Source: Actinomycetota bacterium
GTDB taxonomy: Bacteria > Actinomycetota > CADDZG01 > JAHWKV01
DNA: 32,651 nucleotides
NCBI GenBank assembly: GCA_039929185.1
Contig: JBDSRR010000257.1
Location: forward strand, 1 to 32,651
Direction of reading: 5' to 3'
Position numbers and translations under genes: made by a program. The notes below the pieces were generated by a model that did not search any database, was not told where the DNA came from, and saw nothing but the letters and a program-made list of their open reading frames with translations. Shown in pieces: positions 31,046 through 32,651 of this stretch; position 1 is the stretch's first letter, and each line of letters begins with the position of its first letter.

Positions 31046-32651
31046 AAAAGCTGTTGGCTTGTGTGACGACTGTCATCCTCTTCGGATTGCCTGCTGGTGC
31101 GATGGCAAGCGAGTGGACCTACGACACCGGCCCAAACGGCAACCACTTCATCGAGGCGCCCGCTGCAAGAACTCATTCGCTGCGCTGGCAGACGAAACTA
31201 TCGGACCTTCCTTCCGGGATATATCCGTTGAGTCCATTGCTGGTCTTCGACAACAAAGTCATCCTCGGTGGTGCCGGAACGAACTCGGTTGTGGCACTCA
31301 ACTCAGCAACGGGAGAAGTAGTTTGGCGGTTCGCTCCTGATCCACGCAGCGGCGGCCATTTTGGCGGTTACCCAAATGCTAACCAACCACAAATCGTGAA
31401 TGGCATCTATTACACGACCGCGACCAACGGCTTCTTATATGCACTCGACGCCAAGACCGGTCGCAAGTTGTGGTCGTACCAAGTAACTACAACCGACTAC
31501 AACAAGGCGATATCGAAAGTCGCTGTTTGCGAAGGTAGGGTCCACTTTGAAGTCCTTGGTGGCATCTACTCGAAAGGACAGCACAACCTGTACTCCGTCG
31601 ACGCGAAAAGCGGAAAGAAGGTTTGGAGTATCTATTCCGGAGCAACTGACTTTCCCGGCGAGGGGATATGGCCAGACTTCCCAGCAAGTCCAAAGGTCCC
31701 AGATCTGGCTGCCCTTGGTCGCTCAACTCGGCGCTTCGAAGCGCGTCCGGGCCTTTCTTGCTCCAGGGGACGCATCCAAGCCTACGGAGAGGACGGCGTA
31801 CTGCGCTTACACGATGTGGCTAACGGGGAACTCCGCGGTGAGTACAGCGTTCTGCACCACGCGATGGACCTGGGGTTCGCCGTCGATGGTGTGGTAGGAA
31901 TCACCGACAACGTCACCGGCGACATGCTGCGCTCGTCACTCAATAACCGATTGGTGCGACTCGATGAAGAGGCGATCCAAACTGTTTGCGGTGGAAGGGT
32001 CTGCGCCAGCGACGATGAGGAGCAGATGAAAGTCCATCCAGGGTGGCGACATCCATACGGTGACTGCGCCGACAGGAGCGATTGCGGTGTCGTGTCGGTC
32101 AACCGCGAGGGGGTGCTTCCCACTTATACGGACAGTCGAGCAGACGGGGTCTTGGGGGGAGCGGTCTTTTCCGGTAGCTTCGCTCTCGCCAATTGGGAAG
32201 ACGGAAAGCGCGTTGTTTACGCGCCTAACCAAGATGGTCACCTGTACGCTATGGATTGGGATGACCCCATAAACGACGCGGGCGAACCTTCCGTATTCAA
32301 GGTTGCATTCGATGTGATACCTGATAGCGACCGCGACGCTGCCTACTCCGGGCGGCGCGACGGCATCGACCTATACACAAGCAACAACGGCGCACATTGC
32401 TTAAAGGCTGACAACTGCAAGAACGGACCATGGGAACATCAAGCATCGAATGTATCGAGCCCAGTGGTCGCTGGCGGCGTTGTCTATGTGCCGGTGTCTA
32501 TGGCTCACAAGATGGTGGGGTTCGACTGGAAGTCAGGCAAGAAGGTTTGGGAATTCGAAGTGAAGTGGGACAGCAAGAGTCAGTATCCGCCATTCGGTGA
32601 CACCAAACCCGAGCGATTCATAGACATCGATCTGCTGGTTCAAACCCAACC
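31042..32651 (+). CDS. Secreted PQQ-like/BamB-like beta-propeller repeat protein (3' end beyond window)
   Basis: My own translation from the GTG at 31042 (a GTGA overlap with the upstream stop) is open to the window end, about 536 codons. It reads VKKLLACVTTVILFGLPAGAMA|SEW..., with recurring propeller-blade motifs (VVALNSATGEVVWRF, GFLYALDAKTGRKLWSY, LYSVDAKSGKKVWS, GHLYAMD, MVGFDWKSGKKVWEF). It is not in the ORF track because it has no stop in the window. Confidence 0.75.
   Translation, partial: MKKLLACVTTVILFGLPAGAMASEWTYDTGPNGNHFIEAPAARTHSLRWQTKLSDLPSGIYPLSPLLVFDNKVILGGAGTNSVVALNSATGEVVWRFAPDPRSGGHFGGYPNANQPQIVNGIYYTTATNGFLYALDAKTGRKLWSYQVTTTDYNKAISKVAVCEGRVHFEVLGGIYSKGQHNLYSVDAKSGKKVWSIYSGATDFPGEGIWPDFPASPKVPDLAALGRSTRRFEARPGLSCSRGRIQAYGEDGVLRLHDVANGELRGEYSVLHHAMDLGFAVDGVVGITDNVTGDMLRSSLNNRLVRLDEEAIQTVCGGRVCASDDEEQMKVHPGWRHPYGDCADRSDCGVVSVNREGVLPTYTDSRADGVLGGAVFSGSFALANWEDGKRVVYAPNQDGHLYAMDWDDPINDAGEPSVFKVAFDVIPDSDRDAAYSGRRDGIDLYTSNNGAHCLKADNCKNGPWEHQASNVSSPVVAGGVVYVPVSMAHKMVGFDWKSGKKVWEFEVKWDSKSQYPPFGDTKPERFIDIDLLVQTQ

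Noticed and set aside
1-32651. CRISPR arrays, rRNA, IS elements, prophage genes
   Set aside because: Reading both strands, I saw no regularly spaced repeats, no transposase, integrase or phage structural signatures, and no rRNA-like stretches.

Overview
This window is a gene-dense chromosomal segment (over 90% coding, G+C roughly in the upper 50s by eye) and looks actinobacterial, possibly Acidimicrobiia-like. The taxon call rests on three conserved gene orders: Zn-protease-tilS; topA-(MFS)tmk-holB-tRNA-Thr; and OB-fold/trkA/trkA/APC-permease. I found no CRISPR array, rRNA, transposase or integrase.

Housekeeping genes:
- tilS (partial), topA (three C4 zinc ribbons), an MFS-thymidylate kinase fusion, holB and tRNA-Thr(CGU).
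- Two TrkA/RCK genes with an APC-type permease.
- A K+-independent membrane pyrophosphatase co-transcribed with a DtxR-family (Mn-type CPHG) regulator.
- DedA, an HD hydrolase, an LCP transferase and TerC.

Accessory content:
- A RelE/ParE-Phd/YefM toxin-antitoxin pair with a clear promoter and operator.
- The most unusual block (about 5.2-8.3 kb, minus strand) is a MauE-like and MauD-like pair. It is translationally coupled to a Tat-exported protein whose N-terminus packs 12 cysteines into 65 residues (reminiscent of the methylamine dehydrogenase light chain). That protein continues with three cell-wall-binding repeats and a poly-arginine tail. No amine dehydrogenase heavy chain or mauG is present in the window.
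- A translationally coupled envelope operon (24.6-32.6 kb): LCP, TerC, a 732-aa orphan exported protein, a lipoprotein, an orphan LivJ-type binding protein and a PQQ-like beta-propeller.

Smaller oddities:
- holB reads 45 nt into the tRNA-Thr gene.
- The conserved MFS N-terminus has no canonical start codon and lies in frame with topA behind a single TAG.
- Two convergent gene pairs share palindromic stop tetranucleotides.
- Several promoters appear to be leaderless.
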